This document shows, piece by piece, positions 12,840-24,720 of a stretch of DNA of 64,000 bases. This stretch comes from Lytechinus pictus. Its lineage: Eukaryota. The translations under genes and the position numbers were made by a program. Each line of letters starts with the position of its first letter. Position 1 is the first letter of the stretch. The notes beneath the pieces were generated by a model, which was not told where the DNA came from, searched no databases, and worked only from the letters and a program-made list of their open reading frames with translations. The stretch spans positions 22,632,001 through 22,696,000 of the forward strand of contig NC_087251.1 of NCBI RefSeq assembly GCF_037042905.1, given 5' to 3'.

Positions 12840-13176
12840 ATTATAAACAAAAGCACGTGTCCGTACACGTGTCACTTTTACTTTAGCCCCACCCACTATT
12901 AAAACACGCCCATTTTGCCGCGCCCATTTTTGCGCGTCACATACGTCACATCGCGCGCCGTCATCGATCATGCACGCGCACGCGCACGGACTCGTACCGA
13001 CTCGACTGGGTCGAATCCATATCGAGTACGTATTTAACTGATTTATGGTCGAATCGAGTCTGGTCGTCTGAGCTGAGCCTGAGGATGAGATCGAGAGTCG
13101 AGAGTAGACCGAACGTACCGGTACTAGTATTGTTAGATTCCAACTTCTAAGTCGATTTTGGGAAATGTGACTGAGC
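12840..13176 (+). promoter_or_regulatory. CpG-rich putative Dmrt promoter / 5' UTR
   Basis: Local CpG enrichment in AT-rich DNA; two CACGTG E-boxes (about 12854 and 12866); E2F-like TTTTGCCGCGC and TTTTTGCGCG; directly upstream of predicted exon 1. Confidence 0.55.
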
Positions 13177-13219
13177 ATGATGCATAAATCTACTGCAAAC
13201 AAAATTTTGACTGGCATCT
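13177..13219 (+). CDS. Dmrt: DM-domain transcription factor, predicted coding exon 1 (MMHKSTANKILTGI)
   Basis: ATG downstream of a CpG-rich promoter-like block; strong GTAAGT donor at 13220; phase 1 matches the phase-1 acceptor of the DM exon, which has no in-frame ATG before the DM domain. Confidence 0.7.
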
Positions 13220-13956
13220 GTAAGTTAATCTAACTTAGGCCTTGCTTAGAACCTATGGCATGCCTATGGCTAGTCTACAATAAATTCAACGCCGTCGCTA
13301 GGGCCTAGTTAGATCTAACGACACGTTAGATTTAAAACAGTTGATAAGTAACGTTAGACTTAGTATCATCTAGTAGTAGTACTAGTACTAGGTCTAACTT
13401 AGGCCTAACGACCGTTTGGTGTATAAACAGTAACAGTAAGTTAAATTATACTCTAGATCTAACAGTTAGTTAGATCTAGCCCTATCTAGACCATGGTAGA
13501 CGGTCTAACTTCTAATGTTAGATACGGTAGACCGTAGAGTCTACTCTCTAAGTTCTAACGTTAATAGTAAAATACTCAGTTAGATCTAGGACCCAGAGAG
13601 CTCCCGCCCGCTCCCGCCCGCTGCGCGGGCGGGAGCTCTCTGGGTTAAGTTAGATCTAACTTAGCCTCAGCAAAGTTGCATAGAGTCTACGGTATGCTAA
13701 GTCCCTATAGCGATCGAAGCGAGCAAGAAAAAAATATCACCTTTTCATGATAGTCCAACTTTGAGATTGATTTTGACATGGTATCTATAGTATACTGACC
13801 ATACTATAGACTAGTGATAGTCATTATCTTACATACCGTAGGCCTATTCCTTTCTTTTCATTTCCTTTCCTGATATCTTTTCGTTTTTGTTCTCGGTTGT
13901 AATTTTTTAGAATCTTTTGGGGGCCAGTGCTAACGTTTTGCGGATCGGGTCCGGGG

Positions 13957-15718
13957 CAATGGCGGCACCAGGATTTTTATTAACCTAGGGCCTAGCTAGG
14001 GGGAGGCAAAATAACATTGGGGGGGGGGGGCGACACACAGATATTTTGCCGATTTCACAAAATCGAGCGAGAAGCGCGAGCCAATTAATTTTTTTCAATG
14101 TATAGACTATAGTCACGTATTGTATTTGTATTACCGGACACTATTATGATTCCGGACGCGCATATTACCGGTAGGCCCCCTATTGCGTTCTAAAACAAAT
14201 TCGTACCGTAAGACTTCCGCAATTCAATTTCTCAGAGCAATACATAGAACAAGATTGCAAAAAAAAGGCGAAAAATCCAACTTTAACCTAATTATCTCTA
14301 AAAATGACAGAAAATCCTTAAGTTATCATATAACATAGTTCTGTATTAACAATTGATATATTTTCTAACGGAAATATGGGCCTGATTTGCCGAATTTCAA
14401 TCTCGTCCACTCTTCGATCGAATGATGAGGTGTGGTGTATTGTGGGTGTGATCGTCGACGGCTAGTTGACCCCCGGCGCGGCCCCGTGCGCGAGGTTTAT
14501 CGTGAGTAGAGCCGTCGATCGGCAGCGCATCGATAGAACTTGAAGAGCGTCACGTTACGAACGCGAGCATATTATTATTGGAAAGTGCCATGGAATATGC
14601 AGCTAACAAGACAAAATAAAATAAGTTATCAAACACGAATTTATTACCAACATCTGCTCAGATTCGATATAAAAAAAGCAAATAATACTTAGAATTTACT
14701 CATGATATGATATAAGAAGAAAAAAATAACAAAAATTTGTTCTTACATCATTATAATCAAGGATATCTTTACCCGTCCGGCGCGCGTCCGGAATCATGAT
14801 GTAATTTGACGCGCACGAAAATGATTGTTTTTCGTGGAGGGGTATGCGGCAAGTACGATGCAAAGAAAATGGTTGGTAAATATAAAATAATTTTATCATA
14901 TTCATAATTTTTATAATATTTGGAATAGCAAGTGTGAATTTTTCTTGATTGTATTTCCTCTAGTTGTCACGTTTAAAGCACTGAAATAAAGGTGTCCGGC
15001 AATAGGATACACTGCCATACTAGTACTACCGTACCGGTACTATGTAGACCCTACTGACTTGAATTTGAAAAGGTAGGCTACCTGTTAGACTAGTTGTTTG
15101 CATATGATTGGGTCATGAAGATGATATCTCAGTTCTCACCAAATGAATAATAATGTGAGCGCGAAGCGCGAGCTGAAATTCTTTGATATCCTGAGTCTGA
15201 GATGAGTAACTGGACGTTTTAAGCACTTTTTGTTATGAACTGGATGGCTATCTGATTAAACAATTAATGCGAGCTGAAAATTTTTATTTATGAAAATTAT
15301 GTAGATAGGGGGGTCCTACGCAGGATATGTATCTCGCTAAAACGAATAATGGAAATTCTAATCGCAAGAAGCATATTGACTTGAACATTGCCATTGGATT
15401 TTGAAGCCCCATGTGAACAGATAATTTACCTATAGACTCAGTCAACAGTTATTGCGAGCGCGAGAGAAATTTTGAATTGTATGTACCGTAATGACCTGAA
15501 AGATTTATGTTAGTGACAAAAAATGTTGGGAGCTAAAACGGTGAATGAATGAGAAAATTTGCAAAATTTAAAGAACGATAAAGCTGTTTTGAAGCACTTT
15601 GCAGCTTTATTAGGATGCTGCATTAACTATACATTTTTCCAAATTTCGGGGGGGGGGGGGAGCAAGTCCCTGGGGGAAAATGCCCCCCCCCCCCCTGTGC
15701 CTCTTGGTGCCGCCACTG
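13957..15718. mobile_element. Non-autonomous hAT-like element in Dmrt intron 1
   Basis: TIRs CAATGGCGGCACCA and TGGTGCCGCCACTG; 8-bp TSD GTCCGGGG/GTCTGGGG; subterminal G/C runs. Confidence 0.8.
14118..15015. mobile_element. TIR element nested in the 13957-15718 element
   Basis: Imperfect TIRs GTATTGTATTTGTATTACCGGACAC and GTGTCCGGCAATAGGATACACTGC. Confidence 0.6.
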
Positions 15719-17459
15719 GTCTGGGGCGGAGCCCCCGGAACGTCGTGATATTTTAAACATTGCAGATGGCCACTTTTTTAAATCAAATCGCGGGTACATG
15801 CATACACAACAGTAACATAATAACTTAAATGCAGTTGCAGATAATAAACGGAATATTTTGAGTCAGCACAACATAGCAAATGTGGAAAAAAATTGCCAGC
15901 GAGCAAAGCGAGCCAGAAAAATATGGCCTTTTAAAGTGATTTCGAAATTAAATTCTAATTTTGTGATAGTAGCTTTGGAAATTAAGCCAAAGTAAATATT
16001 AAGAGGCTTTTTACGGTAAATCTAGCCAGCGTAAAGCTTTACTGTTATAGGTTAGGACATATTATGGGGAGATATAAATATATAACTAGCCCTTGGCTAA
16101 CCCTTTGCTTTTTTTTGTCCTGATTGCGACCATTATTGCATAAAATTTAGCAAGCTTACAATATAGACGCCATCCACCTTTCTCCCCGTTCTTTATATTT
16201 TTCAATCCCGGCAGCCCGATCGTGTTTTAAGTTCTTTTTCTTGTCCCTTTTCTTCATATTCTGATTTTCCAATTTAGCTTTTGGCTTTTCCTTCATTTCC
16301 CGTTTCTTTTTTACTCTTCCTAACATTTCCCGCCATTCTTGCCCGTGCCATTGATTCATATCTTTTAATCGTATATCCCTCTCTTGCTAATTATGCTAAT
16401 GTATTAGTATTTCAGGATATTTTGTACTTCCTCACATGTTCTTCTTTTCTTTTCCCTTTCTTTTCATTCTCTGTCTCCTTTTTCTCTTTCCCCGGTTTTT
16501 TTTATTTTCCCGTTTAAATCCGCCAAGGGGGGGGGGGGCAGCTTGCCCCCCCCCCCTGTTACGCCACTGCTAGAATCAAGTCTAACTTATATTTTAGACT
16601 TAGTCTAACGTTAGATCCTAGACCCCTTGGCCAAGATCTAGATCTAGTCTTGCTTTCCCTAACGTTGATCTAACGTGCGTTAGGCCTAAAAAGTTAGAGC
16701 TGTTCGTTAACGCCAAACGGTTTAACACGTTAGGCTCTAGATCTAGGACTACGTCGGTGTTATTGTTTAACCCAGGGTTGAAGTTGGTCATTCGATTAGT
16801 GTGTGGAATTCAGAGCGGAACAATAGACCAGTTCGTAGTTACTTCATGGACAATTTTGGTCAAATTACCTTTCATTATGATAGGCAGATTTCAAAGCAAG
16901 ATATTACGTAAGCTTGCCTCACATAGCAGGATGAAGAAATTGAATAGACCAGGTGACTAGAATAGCACACCAATTAACACTTTATAAAGGTATTTGTTGC
17001 ATTCCTACTTTGAATGCATATCATAGCATGTTGCACAATATACCAGTCGTTCATGGACCGGACGCGTTGTTGTTTTTTGTGGATGTAAATGAAAACCACA
17101 ATTCAAAAGAATATATGAATAATCAAGACATCAAAGTTGGTGCTAATCTCATTAGATTTTAAACCACCATGTCTCTTTAGTACAAATGACCTTCCTCTGA
17201 TCATGCGTAGAATCTTTTGATCATGCGTAGAAAGGAACTACGAACTGGCTTATTGCACTGAAGCAAATGTCATGGAACCTAAATTAGATCTAAAAGTTAG
17301 ATCTAGAGTCTACATATTATACTATTTTCGTAGATATAGGCTAAAGCTAACTTTTTCTACTACATCAAATTCTATTAACTAGATCTAGATCTAGAGTCTA
17401 GATAGATCTAGATCTAATACAGGCAATTGCGGTCATCTTTATTAGTGCAAATCGATAGC

Positions 17460-17640
17460 CGGGAGCCTATTGGTCTATAAATAATTCCCAGGTAAGTCTT
17501 TATCTCCCTTTTTGAAAACTGGTATAACTCTAGCGACTTTTTATTTATCTGGAAAATGCCTGAAGTAAATGAAAAATTGAATATTTGAGAAAGAGGTTCG
17601 AAAATATGATCCCTATTATCATATATCAACAGTCGAACTG
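17460..17640 (-). mobile_element. LINE (CR1/L2/Jockey group) reverse-transcriptase remnant
   Basis: Across frameshifts reads IFEPLSQIFNFSFTSGIF / PDK*KVARVIPVFKKGDKDLPGNY / RPI, the conserved N-terminal RT motif of non-LTR elements. Confidence 0.85.
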
Positions 17641-18889
17641 ATAAATCAGCATAGACTCCTTACTACTTGTTTTAGATTGATCAAGATTGTATTTTCTTTA
17701 ATTTCTGAACTTGTTATTGGCAGGAAGAAAAATGCTTGACTAATGTAATGTATGGATCCATAACATTTGACTCTTCAAGATGCTATCTGGTTTATATAAA
17801 TTAGCCCAAATATGATACATCCTGAATGAAAATTTTCAGCTATGATAATTCAGTCTTGTGTAAGGACAAATTAGGCATTCATTTGTAATTAAGTCCTGAG
17901 TGAATATATAAGCTGCAACTATATTCCCCCTCTTGTAATATTTCAACATCGTAATTCAAGATAGTGGCATTGAAAAACTGATTTATATATTTAACATTCC
18001 AAACTTCTGATAATGCGATTATATAAAAAGAATGATTCAAACACATCTTCATATAAATCGTTCAGTATTTCAAAATTACGATTCGAAGATCTCACATAAA
18101 GTTACGTGTGGAATAGGTAGATCTAGATCTAACGACACGTTAGATGGTAACTGAAACTAAAATAAAAAGGCTTCAGTTTCTCTAGACTACATGTAGATCA
18201 TGGGTGTCGATCTGCTTGCGCTTTGCATTATTACGTAACACCCCCCCCCCCCCCCGATGAAAAGAACTTTATGCGGATCGACACCATTGATGTAGATCTA
18301 GGCCTAGATCTAGACCTACAACTAGTTGTTCCGCCAGAGTCTGCAAATAAAAAGGGAGAAGGTAAGAAGAAAAAAAAGGAGACAGGAAAGAAGGTGATCA
18401 AGGAACTTTAGAAAAAAAGGAAAGACAAAGGAAAGATGAAAATTAGGGGAAATCCCTTTCCTGTCTTGTTTCTTTTCCTTTCACCTCGCTCTTTTTTTAT
18501 TGATTTGAACTCTGGTCTAAAGTATTCCTTTCACTATGGAAAGCCAACTGTGACAGGTGTCTCCAATATGTTTCAGATGATTTGACACTCAAATCATTCA
18601 TAATTGACTCGAAATAATTACTGAGATAAATCTTCATCATTAAAATATGAGGAAAGAGCCAAGCACGCATGAACTAAACCTGGATGTTGGTAGGGTGGCT
18701 GAGTCAAAAGTGGGGATCGGGAGAAGGAGCTGAACATGCATACAATCACAATTTGATTGTTATTTCATGTTTTTGTTCGTGGTTTCGGGGGGGGGGGGGG
18801 TACCATCTAGCAGGCACTTGGCATATTTATAGAATGGATAATGGTAATGTTATGCAAGGCACATTGGCATGTTTTGAAGAGTTTATTTT

Positions 18890-19297
18890 CAGTCGGTCTT
18901 ATGCCAATTCGTCAATTACCAACTCGTCTACTATCATTTGGCATCAGTTCGTCCACTATCCACATGGTCTAACTGCCATTTCGTCCAATCACCATCTCGT
19001 CTAATAACCAGTTGTCCAATAGCCATTTAGTCCATATACCGTTTGATCTAACTGGACAAAGTGTTAATCGGGTGAAATGACTGAAAATTAAATTAAATGG
19101 ATATTATACCAACTGGTTATCAGACCAAACGGTCATAGACGAACTGGCGATTACTTAATGAAGTGATGAATGGACCAATTGGCGATCGGACCGAATGGTT
19201 GTGGGTTGAAATGTTGATTGATGGAATGGCATTATGTTAAATGAAGGTAGACCATGTGATGTGTGGACTAGTCGGCGAATTGGCAATTTACCGATTG
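18890..19297. mobile_element. Inverted-repeat element with short internal repeats
   Basis: Left arm CAGTCGG..TGCCAATTCGTC with CCAA/GTCCA repeats; right arm GGACCA/GACGAA repeats ending GGCGAATTGGCAATTTACCGATTG. Confidence 0.6.
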
Positions 19298-19472
19298 GAA
19301 GACCAGCTAATAAAGTTGAAGTTGCTACCAAGGGTGACTAAATGTTAAGATTAATACATGTATCTTTTTTTTGTATTTATATGTAGATTAATACATGTAT
19401 CTGTTAAACGGACATAAGAGTGATAGGACCATCTACAATTTTCTCACTTTTACTTTCTGCTTTCCCTCTTAG

Positions 19473-19865
19473 ATGGCGCAGATGTGAATGGTCGGGAAGA
19501 TGAGTCACAAAGATGTCTCCCCCTTAAGAAAAGGCATCCAACCTGCGCTCGATGCCGAAACCACGGACTCATCGTGGACCTCAAAGGCCACAAGCATTTA
19601 TGCGAATACCGTGACTGCCTCTGCACTCGATGTAACCTAGTGATTCAACGGCGGGTAGTGATGGCGAAGCAGGTAGCCCTAAGTCGAGAGCAGTTGAAGC
19701 AACAGAGACAAGACCACAGTTTATCTCAACAGCTACAGGTCAGTCAAGGTTCCTCACAGGGTATACCATCGTCTCCAACAGTTATTGATCTCATTTCTGA
19801 AAGTACAAGGTCAGAGGAGAGGGCGAATTCTGTCGTTCAACTTTCACCGGATTCGACAAATATCG
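19473..19865 (+). CDS. Dmrt: DM-domain transcription factor, exon 2 (complete DM DNA-binding domain)
   Basis: [13 protein letters not shown]4[38 protein letters not shown] is the doublesex/mab-3 intertwined CCHC/HCCC zinc motif plus recognition helix; polypyrimidine tract and AG at 19471-19472; GTATGT donor at 19866. Confidence 0.95.
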
Positions 19866-20252
19866 GTATGTATCTTGCGAGGAATGAAACATTATTCATG
19901 ATTCTTATTTTAACATTTACATTGAACTAAATCAGAATATACATCAGGCCTTTTCATCTCAACTAAAATAAATGTAAGCTTTGTGTATTAAGACATTTTC
20001 CTATTGATTCTCATAATCCATGTCAGCTCATCGCGCCCGACGGTGGAGTCCAAATACTCCCTAAATTTTTGCCATAAAAAATTGTTCGCACGCAATTTTT
20101 TTTGCTCTAAGTTGTGATTCTTTGGTTTAAAAAAACATTCAGAATAATTGGAATTTAATAAACTTCAAATATATGCAAACTTTTACTAAGATCGAGCAAA
20201 AAAGCATTACCATTTTTTCGATTGAAACTCGCTTTTTTAATTTCTTCGACAG

Positions 20253-22327
20253 AATACAATAGTCCATATTCTTCTTGGGACTCGCCTCCGATGAATTTGT
20301 CACAGCCGACACAAATGACGTTGACTCCTCAGAAAGCATCAAGCCAAGCTTCGCGGTCATCTCCCACATCTTTCCAAGCAGTTCAGGAAAGCGAAACATA
20401 TAGACCACGAATGGTCTTCTTGACAAGCCCTTCGAATAGATCGTTAATACCACACCCCGTGGTACCTTACCCAGCTAGTGCCCCGAGAATTGTCTATAAC
20501 AGCGACAATATCCCCGGAGCTTCGGCCTTTATCAACTATGCGTCGTCTCAAGGCAATTTTGACCACGCGCTAGAGTACTCTCCTACGTCATATCACACGC
20601 CTCAATTAAATGAAATGTATCGACCCCAGCCTTTAGTCGGTGCCAACCAAATGGCAAGACCATTCGTACCAAGTCCCACCATACCGATGGCATCTGACGA
20701 ATCTATCAACCAACATATTGGATATATTCCCAGTCAAACGGCAACCTATTCCGCCAACCTTTCGTCAGCTCATGGTGTTACAGGACAAACGTCAGAGTAT
20801 CCCGCCAACCATTTGTTAGCTCATGGTGTTACAGGAAAAACGGCAGCCTCATCCGCCAACCATTTGTTAGCTCAGGGTGTTACAGGACAAACGTCAGAGT
20901 ATTCCGCCAACCATTTGTTAGCTCATGGTAATACAGGACAAACGGCAGCCTATTCCGCCAACCATTTGTTAGCTCATGGTGTTACGGGACAAGCGTCAGA
21001 GTATTCCGCCGACCATTTGTTAGCTCATGGTGTTACAGGACAAACGACAGCCTATTCCGCCAACCATTTGTTAGCTCATAGTGCTACAGGACAAGCGTCA
21101 GGGTATTCTGCCAACCATTTGTTAGCTCACGGTGTTGCAGGACAAGCGTCAGAGTATTCCGCCAACAATTCGTCAGCTCACGGTGTTGCAAGAGAAATAT
21201 CAGAGTTACATCCAAGATCAACATTCCATTCATCACTGGTGGATGAGACGTACCGGTGCCAAGTATCGATAACTTCAAATTATCCAACTGGACCAGTTTT
21301 CCATTGTCCCATGGTGCCACATCAACCATTTGACGCAGTCTCTGCATATCGCGATAGTTACATGTTGGCAAACTCACAGGTGGCTTCTAGCTCCGCCATG
21401 CATATTGATTCAATGTCGGAGACCCAACCGCCTTCAGAGGAAGCAACAGACCTGTCTAATATCCCGTACTGTCAAGTTAAAGAGCATGCGGACCTGCTGC
21501 ATCAGATACCGCTGTCAAGTTCGTTAAGGGTTTCATCATTCGTAAACCAATCAGCACAAAACTTCATGCCGGCCCAAGAATATTACAGCAATCCAGATAG
21601 ATATACTTCATGCTCTTTGCCAGCAGATTCGGCAACAGCAGCGTATTTATTTCAAACAGGAGATAAAGCTATGTTATCTTCTGAAAATGACATCTCATTC
21701 CAGGGTGTCGACCTTACTAGACGGCCCCAAATCGATACAACACCACTGCAACCAGAAAAAATCCATCTGAATCACGCTGACGGCTTTTCTTCTAGGTCAG
21801 TACCATTAACTACGACACAGCAAGAAATCGCAGTTAATATTTCAAAAGAACCAACCTACAAATCTCGTCGACCTTTTCCTCTTAGGATCACCATCCCGTC
21901 CCTGAATCTATCAGATAGATTCACCGACAGTCCGTCTCCAAGTCCCATGGACCCATCGCCAACTTTCACACCATCAAACTTAAGCATTCTCACTAACACC
22001 TCTCTGCCGACAAGTGATATTCCATCTCCTGGATTCTTTACTGCGTCTCTCCCTTCCTTCAACTACCCATCTCCTACATTGCCCACTCAGAGCTCTCCCG
22101 TCTTTAGTTACCCATCTCCTTACACCAATCCCTCTAAGCATGCAGGATTGCCGTCTTTCCAAAGTCTGACGGACTCGATTTTACCTGTGACGCAAAGCAG
22201 CCGGTTGCCTTCAAATTTCGCGGAGCAGGTTCGGATCCCGCCGAAATATGACGAAGACTTTGACAACGACCATGATCACGAGAGTGACGAAATTGACGTT
22301 TGTTCTTTGAACCCTTATGCCCGGTGA
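20253..22327 (+). CDS. Dmrt: DM-domain transcription factor, terminal exon 3 (about 690 aa, S/P/T-rich, internal 17-aa repeats)
   Basis: tttcttcgacAG acceptor in phase 1 joins exon 2 in frame to a 2.07-kb open frame ending TGA at 22327; AATAAA at about 22638. Confidence 0.88.
20747..21205 (+). repeat. Coding minisatellite, 9 x 51 bp (YSANHLLAHGVTGQTSE)
   Basis: Nine consecutive units starting tattccgccaacc, no frameshifting indels, inside Dmrt exon 3. Confidence 0.95.
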
Positions 22328-24224
22328 AAAGGTATAATTTTTAAAGGCTTTTATATCCATTTGTCTGCTTGTCAACCAATGAATTTGTCGAATTTGTAAG
22401 ATATTTGTATCTTCACATAACTGAGAAAGAGTAAGCTGAAACTGTACATAGAATAAGAAGCAGATTCTTCGCGCTTGAAGACTTATATTATGCTTTTGCT
22501 TGCCAACCAATGAATTTGACGAATTTTATTTACATAACTGACACATGTATAAATAATGTAAAAGGGATATAAAAGAATCATTTGAATTTGTCATGCTAAA
22601 ATCAGCATTTTATCGCCGGCATGTAAAATCAACCTTAAATAAAAAAAAAAATGTTTTTTGTATTTTGAAAGTCGAAAATGGGCTTATGGCCAAATTCAAA
22701 TCCGTGATACAAAAATCTACAATTTAAAGTTCAAAATTAAACTCTAATGTTGTTTTCAAAATACATCTTTTTGTCAGGATTGTAAGAAGTGCTTTCGAAT
22801 TTGGTGAAGTTTTTACCATACCACAAATAATTACAACAGTTTCCGTGCCAAATATTGTATGTAAATTATTACAAAAAAACTTGTATGTAATAATTTAATG
22901 AGTTTATTCCGGGGTTGTCATTTTTTTCGAGCAATCTGCTTATAATGACAATCCTTCTCCTGCAAACTGTAAATGTTAAATTTTCTTTGTTGGTATAATA
23001 GATCATATTTGTTTAGAATGACTTTTTTATTTTGTATTTTTTTTCTTTATGATTCATACCAAAATCAATTACCGATATATTATGTTTGTTACGAAATGAA
23101 AGTTATATTGTATACGAATGTTATATACATGAATGCAGAAGAAAAAAAAAATCAAATCAAATAATAATCGGTAACCTTTGTGGTCTTTTCGACCCCTGTA
23201 ACTGAAGGCCTACCCAGCTCCCGTTGATCTTATCATAACCCAGTGTTTTTAATAATATTCTTCAATATTTACCACCTCGATATTTCGTGTATAAATTAAT
23301 TTTCTTTAAGGCATATTGACCGTATCTATTAGTCAATACAATAATTAGAATTGTCTGTGTGATATCTTAAATACAGTAAAAAACAAATTAAGCATTCCCA
23401 ATAATGTTCCTTTCTATTTTTAATTCAGCATTTGCTATTGAGTTGAAAAGTTGAATCATAGTGTTCATATCCTTTATAAGTCCAAGCTGTCGATTCGGGA
23501 TATAACAGCAAAAACATTACTGACAGAATTCTTACGTGAAAATTCTTAAGAGAAACGGGAATATTCAATTCACAAGTTCTTTATTCGTCCATAGCTACAC
23601 TGAAATTCGGCGTGGTCACCCATATGATATTCATATAATAAAACATGCTTATACAAAACACAATTTTTACAAAGGCGCTGCTCAGTTATTTACACTTTTA
23701 GAATTGACTGCGTTGATATAAAACTATATAAATGTTGAAAGGAATGCGATATTTAAATTTGAATTAATAATAAATTCAATCCTATGACGATTAATAATCC
23801 CAAAATTGTTGCATTGATAAATATAAAAACAATTTTATTAATAAGGAGGAAATTTGACGTAAAATGCCAATGATATTTATTCGTTGCACTGTTTGCAATT
23901 TACACTATTATTTTAAAGAAATCGGAAGAAAAAAAAGTGGGGGAGAACATGTATTGTGATGGCAATTTATAAATTCAAATCATAATTATAATTGTAATAT
24001 AATCCATGTACATATTGCTGATGCATTAATAAATACGGAAACAAATCAGTGAAAACAAAGTGGATAAAGGTGAGTATTCCAATGATGCACTATAATGATA
24101 AGAGGAAGATGGGGGATATGTTATGTAATGCCAAATCGAACCATTTTCTTTCTTCTTAAAAAATAAAGATAGGAGGGTTGTGTGATAGCGGGTGTAAAAC
24201 AGGACCACGCCCAATTGACGTTCA

Positions 24225-24720
24225 ATTTTTTTTTATTTTTTTTTTTATTGGGCACTCAAAAGTGATTCACAAATTACAAATAAATGATTATACAAGTTAA
24301 ATGACAAAAACAAACTTTAGACAATGCCACGTAATCATATCATGTTTCGCAGCAATAAGATATTCAGATTTATGCTTCACCTTAATGAAGGAAAGAAGGA
24401 AATGAAAGTTAGGCTTTTCTTTACTAAACTTACATCGATAAATATAAAAACAAGTACAGAGAAGGAAGAAATTTCTACACAAATAATTGTGATGGTCTTT
24501 GCTATATCCAAACATTCTTTGGAAAAAATATTGATAATTACACTCTGCCCTGTTTAAGTTTCGAGCTCTCAAGTACTTTTCTAAACATTTCCAGAGAGGG
24601 GTAACGATTGCACACTCAACCATGAAAGTGTTGACATTTGATCTCAAACGTTTCCGATTTGGTTTTGAGACCGAATAGAAAACGGGACGTATGAGTCCGA
24701 ATATCGACTTGTCTGACACT
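24225..24720 (-). mobile_element. L1/Tx1-type LINE 3' end remnant
   Basis: FMVECAIVTPLWK...FYIYRCKFSKEKPNF...EYLIAAKH...H resembles the Tx1/L1 ORF2 C-terminus; A-rich tail (T-run on + strand) at about 24225-24250. Confidence 0.72.

Noticed and set aside
19473..19487. ATG at the start of Dmrt exon 2 as initiator
   Set aside because: ATG GCG CAG ATG TGA is out of frame with the DM domain; a phase-1 upstream exon is required.
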